Assembly (NCBI GenBank): GCA_963755715.1
Contig: CAVWLW010000001.1
Span: forward strand, 32,001-96,000
Reading direction: 5' to 3'
Length of the DNA: 64,000 nucleotides
Origin: an uncultured delta proteobacterium
Lineage (GTDB): Bacteria > Desulfobacterota > Binatia > UBA9968
The notes beneath the pieces were generated by a model that was given only the letters and a program-made list of their open reading frames with translations, was not told the DNA's origin and ran no database searches. The position numbers and the translations under genes are program-made. Positions 39,679 through 53,571 of this stretch are shown piece by piece (the first letter of the stretch is position 1; the number at the start of each line of letters is the position of its first letter).

Positions 39679-40776
39679 TCAGGCGTCGGCCGCCGCCGCT
39701 TGTTCCAATTTTTTTTCGGCAGCGAATTTTTCGACTTCTTCCATCAACGCGTCGACGATTTGCGCTTCGGGGACCTTGCGAATGATTTCACCGCGCTTGA
39801 AGATCAGGCCGATTCCCTTACCGCCCGCCACGCCAAGATCGGCCGCACGCGCTTCACCGGGGCCATTCACTTCGCAGCCCATCACCGCCACGTGAATGTC
39901 GAGGTTGCTATAAGGCAGCATTCTTTCTTCGACGGTTTTGGCCAATCCGACGAGATCCACGTCGGCGCGGCCACAAGACGGACAGGCAACGAAGGTCAAG
40001 CCTTCCTTTTTGAGCCCGAGCGATTTGAGGATTTCTCTACCGACGCGCACTTCTTCCACCGGATCGGCGGCCAGCGAAACCCGAATCGTGTCGCCGATAC
40101 CCTCGGCGAGCAGGGTGCCCAAACCGACGGCGGATTTGATCGTGCCGATCGACGGCGTGCCCGCCTCGGTGACGCCCAAGTGGAACGGATACTCGACCTG
40201 CTCGGCGAGCATGCGATAGGCTTCGATCATCATCAGCGGATCGGAGGCTTTGAGCGAAATCTTGATTTCGTTATAGCCGACGTCTTCGAGGATACGGATA
40301 TGGCGCAGGCCACTTTCGACCATGCCCGCAGCGGTCGGTCCGTCGTATTTTTGCAGCAAATCTTTTTCCAGCGAGCCGGCGTTGACGCCGATGCGAATCG
40401 GGATCTTGCGCTCGGAGGCGGCACGCACCACCTCTTCGACGTATTTGCGCGCGCCGATGTTGCCCGGATTGAGGCGCAAGCCGTCGACTCCCTGCTCGAT
40501 CGCGATCAGCGCAAGTTTATAGTTGAAGTGAATGTCGGCGACCAACGGGATGCGGATTCTCTTTTTTATATCGCCCAACTGCAACGCGGCTTCGCGCACC
40601 GGCACGGCACAGCGAATGATTTCGCAGCCGGCCGCCTCGAGATCCCATATTTGCTGCACCGTGGCGCGCACGTCGCGCGTGTCGGTCTTGGTCATCGACT
40701 GCACGGTGATCGGCGCGTCGCCGCCGACTTTGACTTTGCCGAGCTGGATGGGTCTGGTTTTACGGCGTTGTATCAT
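39679..40776 (-). CDS. ispG: HMB-PP synthase
   Basis: ITVQSMT, VADIHF, RLNPGNIG, CPSCGR, VMGCEVNGPGE. Confidence 0.97.
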   Translation of the reverse strand: MIQRRKTRPIQLGKVKVGGDAPITVQSMTKTDTRDVRATVQQIWDLEAAGCEIIRCAVPVREAALQLGDIKKRIRIPLVADIHFNYKLALIAIEQGVDGLRLNPGNIGARKYVEEVVRAASERKIPIRIGVNAGSLEKDLLQKYDGPTAAGMVESGLRHIRILEDVGYNEIKISLKASDPLMMIEAYRMLAEQVEYPFHLGVTEAGTPSIGTIKSAVGLGTLLAEGIGDTIRVSLAADPVEEVRVGREILKSLGLKKEGLTFVACPSCGRADVDLVGLAKTVEERMLPYSNLDIHVAVMGCEVNGPGEARAADLGVAGGKGIGLIFKRGEIIRKVPEAQIVDALMEEVEKFAAEKKLEQAAAADA

Positions 40777-40859
40777 TTGTCCACTATAGAGAACCGACAG
40801 CGGCGGGTCAACAAACTGAAATGGGCGGACGGATGGCGGCCCGGCGCTTGTTGATCATC

Positions 40860-41672
40860 CTACTCATCGTCCTCGGACTCCGCAGTTGCCGGCGTTTTGC
40901 CGCCGCTCGATAGGGACGGCGCCGCCTGTTTTTCGGCTTGCGCTGGTTCGCCTTCCTTTTTTCTGCGGTCCCCTTCGGGAATGATCAAAAGACGCCGATA
41001 GGAGCCTTGGCCAAGGCTGCGGGTCGAGAGCCAAGGGTCGTCTTGCAAGGCGGCATGAACGATCCGACGGTCGGCGGCGCTGAGCGCATCCACGGTGACC
41101 GTCTTTCTCTGCCGTTTGGCTTTTTCGCCGAGGCGTAGTGCCATATCTTCAAGGGTTTTGCGCCGTCGTTCGCGATATTTTTCGATATCGATGACGATGT
41201 GCGGGCCTTCGCCCGCGAAGCGTTCGCCGGCGATCCGGCTGACGAGATATTGCAGGGCTTCGAGTGTCTGGCCTTTGCGTCCGATCAGTAAGCCGCTGTC
41301 ATCGGCGCGGATCTCGAGAATGGTTTCTTCGCCGTTGGCCGAAGCGCTCTGCGTCACCGTCGCCTTCACTCCCATGAGATTTAAGATTTCCTGTAACGCG
41401 GCTTGGGCCTTTTCCGTCATCGCGGAGTTATCGATCGGCGCTGCGGCCAGCTCGCCGCTGACTGGCAGCGGCTCTGCAGTGATTTTATGCTCGAGTGGCG
41501 ATTTTCGCAGTTCGGCGCGAACGCGCGCTTTCTGCGCGCCGAAGCCTAGTATTCCCTTGCGTCCTTCGGCGATAATATCGACCGTGATCTTGTCGCGTCC
41601 GACGCCGAGTAACTTGAGCGCGCCTTCTATCGCCGCGTCTATGGTGTCGCCCTCGGTTTCCACGGAATCCAT
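40860..41672 (-). CDS. jag: Jag/EloR (KhpB) RNA-binding protein
   Basis: Jag_N, KH motif LLIGRKGQTLEALQ, R3H motif DRRIVHAAL. Confidence 0.93.
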   Translation of the reverse strand: MDSVETEGDTIDAAIEGALKLLGVGRDKITVDIIAEGRKGILGFGAQKARVRAELRKSPLEHKITAEPLPVSGELAAAPIDNSAMTEKAQAALQEILNLMGVKATVTQSASANGEETILEIRADDSGLLIGRKGQTLEALQYLVSRIAGERFAGEGPHIVIDIEKYRERRRKTLEDMALRLGEKAKRQRKTVTVDALSAADRRIVHAALQDDPWLSTRSLGQGSYRRLLIIPEGDRRKKEGEPAQAEKQAAPSLSSGGKTPATAESEDDE

Positions 41673-41696
41673 AAGTCAAACCTCTGCAAAAGGGGC

Positions 41697-43326
41697 TTAT
41701 TTCACACTGCGGTTGATCCAATACTGCTGACCGATGGTGAGAACATTATTGACCAGCCAATAAACAGTTAATCCTGCCGGAAAAGACACGAACATGAACG
41801 TAAACATCAAAGGCATCAGCATCATCATCTTACGCTGATTTGGATCCCCCGCGGTCGGCGTCATCCATTGTTGCAAAAACATGCTGGCGCCCATGAGAAT
41901 TGTCAGCACTGGAATACCCGAAGGCAAGGCAGAAGGCCACCATGTGGGGACTGCAAAAGGCAACGACTGCCAATCGGGCCGCGAAAGATCTTTGATCCAC
42001 AAAAACGACGCGTGGCGTAATTCGATAGGCGTGCTCAAAGCGTTGTAGAGCCCGATAAAGACCGGAAACTGCAGCACCATCGGCAGACAACCGCCGAGCG
42101 GATTGACGCCGTTGCGCTTGTACAGCTCCATAATCTCTTTATTGAGCTTTTCCTTGTCGTCGGCGTAGCGCTCTTTCAACCGCTCCATCTGGGGTTGCAG
42201 CTTTTGCATTTGCTTCATCGACACGTAGCTCTTATGCGTCAACGGCGCCAGCAGAAGTTTAATCAGCACCGTCAGGATGATGATATCGAGGCCGTAACTC
42301 CCCGTGAAGCGATTGAAAAAATGCAGGACATATAACAGGGGCTTCGAGATAAAGCCGAAGTAGCCGAAGTCGATCGCGCGTTCGATGCCTTTGCCGACCG
42401 ATTCTAATATATTGATTTCCTTCGGGCCGATGAAGATCGTGTATCGCTCGCTCGCGCTCGGCCCGCCGAGCGCGCTTACCAGAGCGGCGCCGGCCTGTCG
42501 CACCGAGACTTTGTGCCCGGCACCGTTCTCGGGGAGCAACGCGAAGAGAAAGTAGGTGTGGCCAAACCCGGCCCAGGAAATATCGCCAGTAAATTCGTGT
42601 CCCTTTGCGGCTTCGGCCGGTGGTTCTCTTTTGATTTTGCCATCGACCAATGCGATGAATCCCTCAAATGGAGCATCGTGATTAGGCACCGAATCGCTCT
42701 GATCTGTAAGTAAAATTTCCGGAGCCGGCGCCGTTCCGTCCGCGGTTTTCACAGAAACTTCGAACTGAATCGGATAAGACGAGCCTGAGAAGGTGAAAGA
42801 TTTTGTGATGACCGCGCCGTTGCCACTTTGTCCCTGGAAAGCCAAGCTCCCTTTGCCGTCGCCGCTTAGCTTGAGATCGTTTCCCTGTACCGAATAGACG
42901 ATCTCGCTGTCTTCGAATGGCGTCGGCGCCTGCCAGCGAACACCCAACGGTAAGGGCACGCCGGGCGCCGTGCGAACGATCTCAAATGGCGGGCTGTGCT
43001 CGTCGACCGAGCTGCGATATTTTTTGAATTTAAAGCTCTTGAGCCGCGCCCCCTGGGTCGTAAATACGGCGATGTAGTGATCCGTTTCGACCGTAATTTC
43101 TTTGGCCGATTTGGCCGGAGAAAGCGTTGCCGGGGTAGCAGCCGGCAATGCGGCTGACGGCGCGGCGGCGCTTGGCGCCGCCGGCACAGCTTTTTCCGCC
43201 TGACTCGTCTCCGTTTCAGGGATTGGAGCGGACGGGTGGCGGGCCGTAAAAGTGCGTCACCAATTGTTGATAGACAACCAGCACGAGTATCGAGAGAGCG
43301 ATGCCGATGAGTGCGCGCTTATCCAT
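41697..43326 (-). CDS. yidC: Membrane protein insertase YidC (frameshift near 43200-43240)
   Basis: MDKRALIGIALS; NPLGGCLPMVLQFPVFIGLY, FPAGLTVYW. Confidence 0.95.
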
Positions 43327-43333
43327 GGAAAAT

Positions 43334-43555
43334 TTACTTCACTGGGTCGTATCCGCCGGGATGCCAAGGATGGCAACGGAGGATCCGGCTAATTCCGCTG
43401 GCAACTCCTTTGCGGATTCCGTATCTGCGAATGGCTTGTTCCGTGTAAGCCGAGCAACTTGGGTAGAAGCGGCACGCTGGCGGCAAGAACGGCGAGAGCG
43501 CTTTGCGATAGCTGAAAATGAGCCAGGCCAAAACTGTACGCGCCATCCGATTCAC
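43334..43555 (-). CDS. yidD: Membrane protein insertion efficiency factor
   Basis: CRFYPSCSAY, RILRCHPWHPGGYDPV. Confidence 0.95.
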   Translation of the reverse strand: MNRMARTVLAWLIFSYRKALSPFLPPACRFYPSCSAYTEQAIRRYGIRKGVASGISRILRCHPWHPGGYDPVK

Positions 43556-43914
43556 TATTTGCGCCGTTGGCCTTGACCCACCAGAGCCCGTTGCAGTTCG
43601 TCCGCGACGATGTTAGCCCCGGCTGCGGCGCTTTTGCGCGCGATGACGAGGATATCGGTTGCCGGCGGCAGATCGGCGCGGTGGCGCCGAAAGTATTCGC
43701 GAATCCGTCGCTTGATGCGATTGCGCGTCACCGAGTTCCCGACCTTGCCGCTGACCGTTACCCCTAATCGATTCTCTGACCCGTTATTGGCCCGGGTGAT
43801 GATCACGAAATTGGCCGTCTGGGTTTTAACACCGGTCCGCGACAGCTTTAGGAACTCGGCTCGTTTTCTTAAGCGCGCCGTTTTCGGGAACTGCTGCGAG
43901 CCTGCGAGCGACAT
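43555..43914 (-). CDS. rnpA: Ribonuclease P protein component
   Basis: RLGVTVSGKVGNSVTRNRIKRRIRE. Confidence 0.95.
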   Translation of the reverse strand: MSLAGSQQFPKTARLRKRAEFLKLSRTGVKTQTANFVIITRANNGSENRLGVTVSGKVGNSVTRNRIKRRIREYFRRHRADLPPATDILVIARKSAAAGANIVADELQRALVGQGQRRK

Positions 43915-43928
43915 GCGCTCGGTCGCGA

Positions 43929-44090
43929 TCAAGTCCGCGCGCGTTTCGGCGGCACGGTCACCGTCAATCGCTTTCGCCCCTTAGCGCGGCGCCGCCTGAG
44001 CACGTTGCGGCCACCGGGCGTTGCCATGCGGGCGAGAAATCCATGCGTTCGCTTTCTCTTAATGTTGCTGGGCTGATACGTTCGTTTCAT
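43929..44090 (-). CDS. rpmH: 50S ribosomal protein L34 (not in the ORF track)
   Basis: [44 protein letters not shown]. Confidence 0.97.
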   Translation of the reverse strand: MKRTYQPSNIKRKRTHGFLARMATPGGRNVLRRRRAKGRKRLTVTVPPKRART

Positions 44091-44164
44091 AAAAAGAAGA
44101 CTCCCTCGGGCCTTTTAAAGGGCCAAGTGTTTATTAGAATCATACCAACTTATTGTTGTCAATT

Positions 44165-45172
44165 TTAGCCGGCTTCAGGCTTGAGCGAGCGCAGCATTAA
44201 ATCACGCACCGCGTCGGCCGGCTCCTTGCCCGCGTAAAGCACCTGATACATTTGCCCGACGATTGGCATATCGACGCCAAGCCGCTCCGCCAAAGCGTAC
44301 AGCGAACGCGTATTGCGCACACCCTCGGCCACGGTCCGGGTCGATGCGGTAATCTCGTGCAAGCTTCTACCGCGCGCGATCTGCAATCCAACAGCTCGAT
44401 TGCGGCTCAAATCACCCGTGCAGGTAAGAATCAAATCACCCAGACCCGGCAGCCCGGCGAGCGTCAAAGGGTCGGCCTTCATGCGCACGGCTAAGCGGGT
44501 CATCTCGGCGAGACCGCGGGTAATTAATGCCGCGCGAGCGTTGTGGCCCAAACTCAAACCGTCGCTGATACCAGCGGCAATCGCGATCACGTTTTTTACC
44601 ACGCCGCCAATCTGAACGCCGATCACGTCGGCCGACGTGTAAACTCGGAAATTTTGGGTGCTGAGAATCTGTTGGATGGATTTGGCGATGCTTTCATCGG
44701 CGGCGGCGACGGTTACCGCTGCGGGAAGCATTCTGGCGACCTCGAGAGCAAACGTCGGTCCGGAAAGAAAAGCGAGATTTTTTTTGCGCCCGGCGCCAAG
44801 CAGGTCGACAAAAAGCTCGCCCATCGTTTTCAGACTTCCCTCTTCGAGGCCTTTCGTGCCGCAAAGAATCATTGTCGTCTGGGCAAGGTCGTCCATGGCT
44901 CTGGAAAACACTTCTCGAACCACGTGCGACGGCACCGCGCAAATCACCAGGCGCTTGTTCGAGACGGTTTCACCGAGCGACTGCGTCACTGTGAGCTCGG
45001 CCGGGAGGGAAATACCGGCGAGGTAAGCGCGGTTTTCCCGCGTTTCGACAATTTGGCGGAAACTATCGGCGCCATGACACCAGAGCGTTACCCGTTCGCC
45101 TGTGTCAGCGAGAATTTTGGCGAGCGCGGTGCCCCAGCCACCGGCTCCCACCACTCCGATATCACTGGACAT
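44165..45172 (-). CDS. gpsA: NAD(P)H-dependent glycerol-3-phosphate dehydrogenase
   Basis: GAGGWGTALA, SGPTFA, KNVIAIAAG, GLGDLILTCTGDLSRNR. Confidence 0.96.
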   Translation of the reverse strand: MSSDIGVVGAGGWGTALAKILADTGERVTLWCHGADSFRQIVETRENRAYLAGISLPAELTVTQSLGETVSNKRLVICAVPSHVVREVFSRAMDDLAQTTMILCGTKGLEEGSLKTMGELFVDLLGAGRKKNLAFLSGPTFALEVARMLPAAVTVAAADESIAKSIQQILSTQNFRVYTSADVIGVQIGGVVKNVIAIAAGISDGLSLGHNARAALITRGLAEMTRLAVRMKADPLTLAGLPGLGDLILTCTGDLSRNRAVGLQIARGRSLHEITASTRTVAEGVRNTRSLYALAERLGVDMPIVGQMYQVLYAGKEPADAVRDLMLRSLKPEAG

Positions 45173-45237
45173 GATCAATATTGAGAGAAGTCATGTTGGC
45201 GAGGCCCAACAGCGCCCGCGCCGCCGAAGACTGCCGA

Positions 45238-47701
45238 TTATTCGTCGGTCTTCTCTTCCTCGTCCTCTTCTTCTTTTTCTGCCAGGCGCGCCACCGACAC
45301 GACTCGCTCGCCTTCTTCGAGCTCGATCAGCCGCACGCCCTGAGTGTTGCGGCCGATCACTCGGATATCCTTGATGCGCAGGCGAATGATTTTCCCTATG
45401 TTGGTAATCATCATGAGCTGGTCCTCTTCGGTCACGAGCTGAACGCCGATGACACGACCGGTTTTGTCCGTCGTCTTCATCGTGATGACGCCTTTGCCGC
45501 CGCGCGATTGCAGGCGATACTCGTCCATCGCGGTGCGCTTGCCGTAGCCGCCTTCGGCAACGGTCAGAATATCGACGCCAAGGCTGAGAATTTCCATGCT
45601 CACGACCTTATCTTCAGGGTCGAGTTTCATGCCCACGACCCCGAACGTACCGCGACCCGTCGGACGCACCTGCTCCTCTTTGAAGCGGATCGACTGCCCT
45701 TCTGCCGTCGACAAGATAATCTCCTGATTGCCGTCGGTGAGGCGCACGCCGATCACCTCGTCGCGTTCTTCGAGACCGATGGCGCGAATTCCCGACGCGC
45801 GCGGATTGGCGTAGGCCATTAGCTCGGTCTTCTTGATCAAGCCGTTCTTGGTGGCAAACACGATATAGCGCCCTTCCTGGAACTCTCGCACGGTGAGAAA
45901 GGCGGAAACTCTTTCACCGGGCTCAAGACTGAGCAGATTGACGATCGGTTTGCCCCGCGCCGCCCGGCTCGCCTGCGGCAGCTCGTGCACTTTGATCCAG
46001 TAGACTTTTCCTATGGTGGTGAAAAAGAGGATGTAGGAATGCATCGACGCGATAAACAGGTACTCGACAAAGTCTTCCTCTTTCGTCGTCGTGCCGATCT
46101 TGCCCTTGCCGCCGCGCCGCTGCGCGCGATAAAGGGTGACCGGATTGCGCTTGATGTAACCTTCGTGGGAGATCGTCACCGCCATGTCTTCGTCGACCAT
46201 GGTATCTTCTATGGAAATCTCGTCGGAACGATCAACGATCTGCGTGCGGCGTTCATCGCCGTACTTTTTCTTGATCTCCTTCAGCTCCTCGACGATGATT
46301 CTGTAGATTTCCTTTTCGTCGGCGAGGATGGCGCGGAGCTTACCGATCAACTCGACGGTCTCGCGGTGCTCCTCCATGATTTTGTCGCGCTCTAAACCGG
46401 TCAAGCGCTGCAACCGCAAGTCCAAGATCGCCTGCGCTTGGATGTCGCTCAAGGCAAAGTTCGACATCAAGCCTTCTTTGGCGACCCTCGGATCCGAAGA
46501 ATTCCGGATCAGGGCGATCACGGCGTCAAGATTGTCGAGAGCGATCCGATAGCCTTCCAAAATATGCAGCCGTTCTTCGGCCTTGCGCAGATCGTAGGCC
46601 GTGCGCCGCGTGACGACTTCTTTGCGATGATCGAGGAAGGCTTTGAGCGCCTCTTTGAGATTCAGCAGTCTCGGGCTTGCCGTCGACGATTGCGAGCATA
46701 TTGACGCCGAAGGAATCCTGCAGCGCGGTGTGCTTGTAAAGTTGATTGATGACGATCTCGGCGACCGCGTCGCGTTTTAGCTCGATGACGATGCGCATCC
46801 CTTCGCGGTCGGATTCGTCGCGCAGGTCACCGATGCCTTCGATCTTTTTGTCGTTGACCAGGTCGGCGATTTGCTCGATCAGACGCTTTTTATTGACCAT
46901 GTAGGGGATTTCACTGATGATGACTTGTTCTTTCCCCGTACGCTTGACGGTCTCGGTGAAGGCCTTGCCACGCATCTGCACGATGCCTTTGCCTTCGTGG
47001 TAAGCCTGCACGATCGGCTCTTTGCCGTGAATGAATCCCGCAGTGGGAAAATCCGGCCCCGGAATATGCCGCATCAATTGCTTAATCGTGATATCGGGAT
47101 TTTCGATCAACCCGATCAAGCCGTCGATGACTTCGCTCAAATTATGCGGCGGAATGTTGGTCGCCATGCCGACGGCGATTCCCGCGGAGCCATTGATCAA
47201 GAGATTCGGAATGCGCGACGGCAAAACCGCCGGCTCTTTGAGCGAATCGTCATAGTTCGCAATGAAGTCGACGGTTTCCTTTTCGATATCGGCGAGCATT
47301 TCCTCGGCCAGTGGCGTCATGCGAATTTCCGTATAACGCATCGCCGCGGGATTATCGCCGTCGATGGAGCCAAAATTCCCCTGGCCGTCGACCAGCGGAT
47401 AACGCAGGTTAAAATCTTGCGCCATGCGCACGATGGTATCGTAGATCGCCGTATCGCCATGGGGATGATATTTACCCATGATATCGCCGACCAGGCGGGC
47501 GGATTTCTTGTACGGCTTATCGGAAGTATTGCTCGCGTCGTACATCGCGTAGAGCACGCGCCGATGCACCGGCTTTAAGCCGTCGCGCACATCGGGCAGA
47601 GCGCGGCTGATGATAACGCTCATGGCGTAAGCCATGAACGACTCGCGCATCTCTTCTTCGATGTAAACGGGTACCTTTTGCGGTCTACTTGTCGCTTCCA
47701 T
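45238..47701 (-). CDS. gyrA: DNA gyrase subunit A (frameshift near 46670, probably an artefact)
   Basis: [29 protein letters not shown], GyrA-box QRRGGKG. Confidence 0.97.
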
Positions 47702-47785
47702 GAATTGCTCGCCTGTCAGGATTGCTGCAGGATTTTAAAGTGCGAATGTATTGAACCGATTGAACGGTTTGAACTCTTTTATCTT

Positions 47786-50221
<2,436 letters not shown>

Positions 50222-50453
50222 CTAGCGCCGAGTTTTAAATTTTCCTGTAATCTTAGAGAGTTAGGGAGACTTATCAGCACTCTGAATAATACCGGAAAGG
50301 GGACGAAAAGTAAAGCGCAAAGCGATCTATAAACCATTGATTTATTTAAATAATTTAAGCATTTTTGACAGTTGCGCGCGGGTTTGACTAAAAACCTGTT
50401 TCGCAGTGAGAAACCGATTGACAGCCTGGGGTTCGTGAGCGAAAAGGAATGCC

Positions 50454-51163
50454 GTGCAAAAACTCTTTACCGCAGTTAAATATTTGACGATTTGGCGCAA
50501 TTTTGCCGCCGTTCAGGCGATCTCCGGCAGCGCTCGGCGCATCAATGATCTATTTTCCGGTGATTGGCTTGGCATTGGGACTCTTTCTTGCGCTGATCAA
50601 TTACTTGCTCGCACCGTATCTGGCTCCGGAAATCCTCAGCATGATTCTGATTACCGCGTTGGTCGTCCTGACTGGCGGCAACCACCTCACCGCGCTCAAA
50701 AATAGTTTTGCCGCCGGCGCAGTTGGGACATCGGCGAAAAAAGACGACTGCGGCGAAACGCTGGGATTTATCGCGATCGTTCTGGTGATTTTATTCAAAG
50801 CCGCTGCCGTCGACAGCATGGATGAAAAGCTGTCTTTCAGCTTGTTGCTGGCCCCGGTTCTCGCGCGCTGGGGAGTACTGATCTTCGTTTACGGTTATCA
50901 AGATCGCTGCGATGAAATCTTGCGGCCTTCTGCCGAGCAGGTGAAATTTTGGCATCTCATGTTAACGACGTTAGGCACTCTGGCGCTGGGTTTCTATGGC
51001 TTGGGCAAGCGCGGATTCTGGATCGCTCTCGCGCTTTCGCTTTTTGTTTTGTCGGCGAGAAGTCTGCTGTGTCGTCTCCGTGCGAATCTTACCGTCCCAC
51101 GATCTCGGCGCCATGATCGAGCTCGGCGAAACGCTCAGCCTCATCCTGCTCGCCTCGCTGTGA
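50454..51163 (+). CDS. Divergent CobS-like membrane protein (frameshifts near 50520 and 51095)
   Basis: VKYLT, FPVIG, LTGGNHL, LVILFK, APVLARW and GAMIELGE align to CobS, but the HxDGxxDxxD motif is lost. Confidence 0.7.
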
Positions 51164-51187
51164 ACAACGCCGAATCGTTTCGTCGCA

Positions 51188-52064
51188 ATGGAAATTTTTA
51201 CAGCCGCTCGCGCCCGTCATTCCGGTTTTTCTGTTGATCGCCGCCGGATTTGTTTTTGCCCATTGGAAAAAAATAAACCTGACTTCGGTGACCGAGATCA
51301 TCGTTTATTTGGGCACGCCTTCGTTGGTATTTAGCTCGCTTGCCGGAAAACCGCTCTTCGCCACTGATATAGCCGTGCTTTCGGCCGGCATCCTGCTGAT
51401 TTTCGCCATTGTCGGTTTTTTTATACGGTTTTATTTTTTTGTTTCCGGTTTCAGCTCGCGCGGCTTTGCCTTGCCGACTTTGTTCATGAATGCCGGCAAC
51501 ATGGGTATTCCATTAGCGTTGTTCGCCTTCGGTCAAGCCGGTCTGCAACGCGCGACGCTGATGTTTGTGATCATCACTTTTCTGCAATATTCGCTGGGAA
51601 TTTATATTTTAAACGGCCGCAGCAACTGGACTGAAATATTTCGTCTGCCGTTGATTTATGCGGCGCTCGCCGGCCTGTCCGTAAATCTCGCACAAATCAG
51701 TCTGCCCGAAGTATTGCTGCGGCCGATCATTATGCTCGGGCAAGCCACAATTCCGATCATGCTGATCAGCTTGGGCTACCGCTTGCATGAGGTCGAATCC
51801 CTCCAGTGGGGCCACGCTCTGGGCGGTGCGCTGGCACGCATTGGTGGCGGCTTTGCTGCCGCGAACTTAGCGGTGCATTTGATCGGCGCCGAAGGCGTTA
51901 ACCGTCAAGTCCTGCTTCTCTACGGCGCCCTGCCGGCAGCCGTCGTCAACTTCGTTCTAACCGAAAAGTATCGACAGGATCCCGCGCTGGCGGCATCAAT
52001 CGTCGTGATCAGCACGTTCATTTCGATTTTTACCATTCCGGTCGTCTTCTGGCTGATACTTTAG
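51188..52064 (+). CDS. AEC (auxin efflux carrier/malate permease) family transporter (N-terminal frameshift)
   Basis: YLGTPSLVF, NAGNMGIPL, GQATIPIMLISLG, LPAAV. Confidence 0.88.
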
Positions 52065-52116
52065 CGCTGGAGTGTTGCTTGAATCGGACGCTTTAGCGCA
52101 AAACAAAATAGAAGCC

Positions 52117-52145
52117 TTGACAGCTTAGATCGCTCGTTGTAATTT
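52117..52145 (+). promoter_or_regulatory. Putative sigma70 promoter for the B12 operon
   Basis: TTGACA-N17-TAATTT about 20 nt before riboswitch 1. Confidence 0.5.
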
Positions 52146-52164
52146 CCGCCTACATTTTGTTCAC

Positions 52165-52322
52165 AGCTCTGGGTTCCTAGGGAAGTCCGGTGTAAATCCG
52201 GCGCGGTCCCGCCACTGTGATGGCTACGAAAGCCGCAAGACAGCCACTGTCCTGAGTCAAGCGAAGGATGGGAAGGCGCGGCGAGTAGAAAAAAGCCTAA
52301 GTCAGGAAACCTGCCCAGAGTC
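52165..52322 (+). ncRNA. Cobalamin riboswitch 1 (upstream of tonB)
   Basis: AGGGAAgtccGGTGtAAATCCggcgCggtCCCgCcACTGT ... GCCACTG ... GGGAAG ... AGTCAGGAAACCTGCC. Confidence 0.95.
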
Positions 52323-52401
52323 GTTTTACCGGCCTCTCCGGAGAAGAGAGAAAGGTGTTTCGTTCTTTCCCTGCTCACCTTGAGGCCACGCATGGGCGAA
52401 C

Positions 52402-53178
52402 ATGAGATTGGCCTCTTTCTTTTTGATATCCGTGACTCTGCACGCGCTTGCGCTGGTCTATCCGGTTTCGTTTGCAGACCCGAAACAGGCCCAGCTTATT
52501 CGGGTGATGATTCTGCCGGTAGAGCACGAGACGTCCGGCGCCAACGGGCAAGACGGCGGTAGCGGAAGTCGTGCTTCACGCGCCGGCGCCAAAGCGCCCG
52601 GACACGCAGCGCGCGCCCTTCAAAGTCTCGTTCAATCAAACCAGACCGGCAGCCCAGAGCCGCGACCTCAATTTGGCGAAGCGCCAATAGATTTAAACGA
52701 AAACAACAGCGCTGCGCTCGTTTTTGTACCGTCAAAATCTGGCGAGGCCGACGGCGCGGCAAAAATTCCTTTAGCGGGCGATGACGGCAATGGCTCCGAC
52801 AAGGGTGCGATCGGAAACGGCGCGAATGGATTCGGATCATCTGGCAGCGGTGCGGGACTCGGCAACGGTCAAGGTTCATCGGGGAATGGCGCCGTTTTGA
52901 TTCAAGCGCGCTATAGCGAAACGCCCAAACCGGTTTACCCGGAGAGCGCTCGAAGCGAGGGCCGTGAAGGGCAGGTAATTCTGCGCGTTCTGGTTGACGA
53001 TCAAGGTCGATCGAAACATGTGGAGATCAACCGCAGCTCCGGCAGCGAAGCGTTGGACCGAGCCGCCGCTGAAGCGATCAAGCGGTGGCGATTTATCCCG
53101 GCGCGCTACGGTGACAAGGCCGTTGAAAGTTGGATTCGCATTCCCATCGAGTTTCGCCTCGCCGACGCGAAACCTTAG
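52402..53178 (+). CDS. tonB: Energy transducer TonB
   Basis: TM segment SVTLHAL, Gly-rich linker, PVYPESAR..EGQVILRVLV, SSG..LDRAA..WRFIPA. Confidence 0.9.
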   Translation: MRLASFFLISVTLHALALVYPVSFADPKQAQLIRVMILPVEHETSGANGQDGGSGSRASRAGAKAPGHAARALQSLVQSNQTGSPEPRPQFGEAPIDLNENNSAALVFVPSKSGEADGAAKIPLAGDDGNGSDKGAIGNGANGFGSSGSGAGLGNGQGSSGNGAVLIQARYSETPKPVYPESARSEGREGQVILRVLVDDQGRSKHVEINRSSGSEALDRAAAEAIKRWRFIPARYGDKAVESWIRIPIEFRLADAKP

Positions 53179-53219
53179 GAAATTTTTTAGGAGGTCATCA
53201 AGGCAAGTATTATTAACCG

Positions 53220-53532
53220 CAGACGGATGTAAGGGAATGGGGTGACTCCGAAAAGGATAAAGGCGGAAGGCAAAAGGATAAATGAAAGTTTTATCCTTTA
53301 GCCCTTATCCTTTAGCCTTTCCGAGAATTCCCCTGCTGCCCCGCAACTGTAGGAGCCACGAAAGCCGCACGAATAGCCACTGTCCTCGGCCCGAGCGACG
53401 GATGGGAAGGCGCGGCGAGTAGGTAAAATCGTGATCGTCACTCGTGATCGTGTTCATTGGAAGGAATTTCCGAGCACGAGACACAGGCGAGAACACGAAC
53501 TAGACGCTCGAGCCAGGAGACCTGTCCATCTG
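53220..53532 (+). ncRNA. Cobalamin riboswitch 2 (upstream of btuB) containing two ~80-bp hairpin insertions
   Basis: AAGGGAAtgggGGTGA[insert]AATTCCCCtgCTGCCCCGCAACTGT ... GCCACTG ... GGGAAG ... [insert] ... AGCCAGGAGACCTGTCC; a hairpin covering the SD follows. Confidence 0.88.
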
Positions 53533-53571
53533 TTTTCAACATTCCCCTTTCGCGGGAAAAGGAGAGGTTTT

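Noticed and set aside
46526-46700. Programmed frameshift, intein or naturally split gyrA
   Set aside because: The two frames join into a normal-length GyrA with one indel, matching the window-wide error pattern
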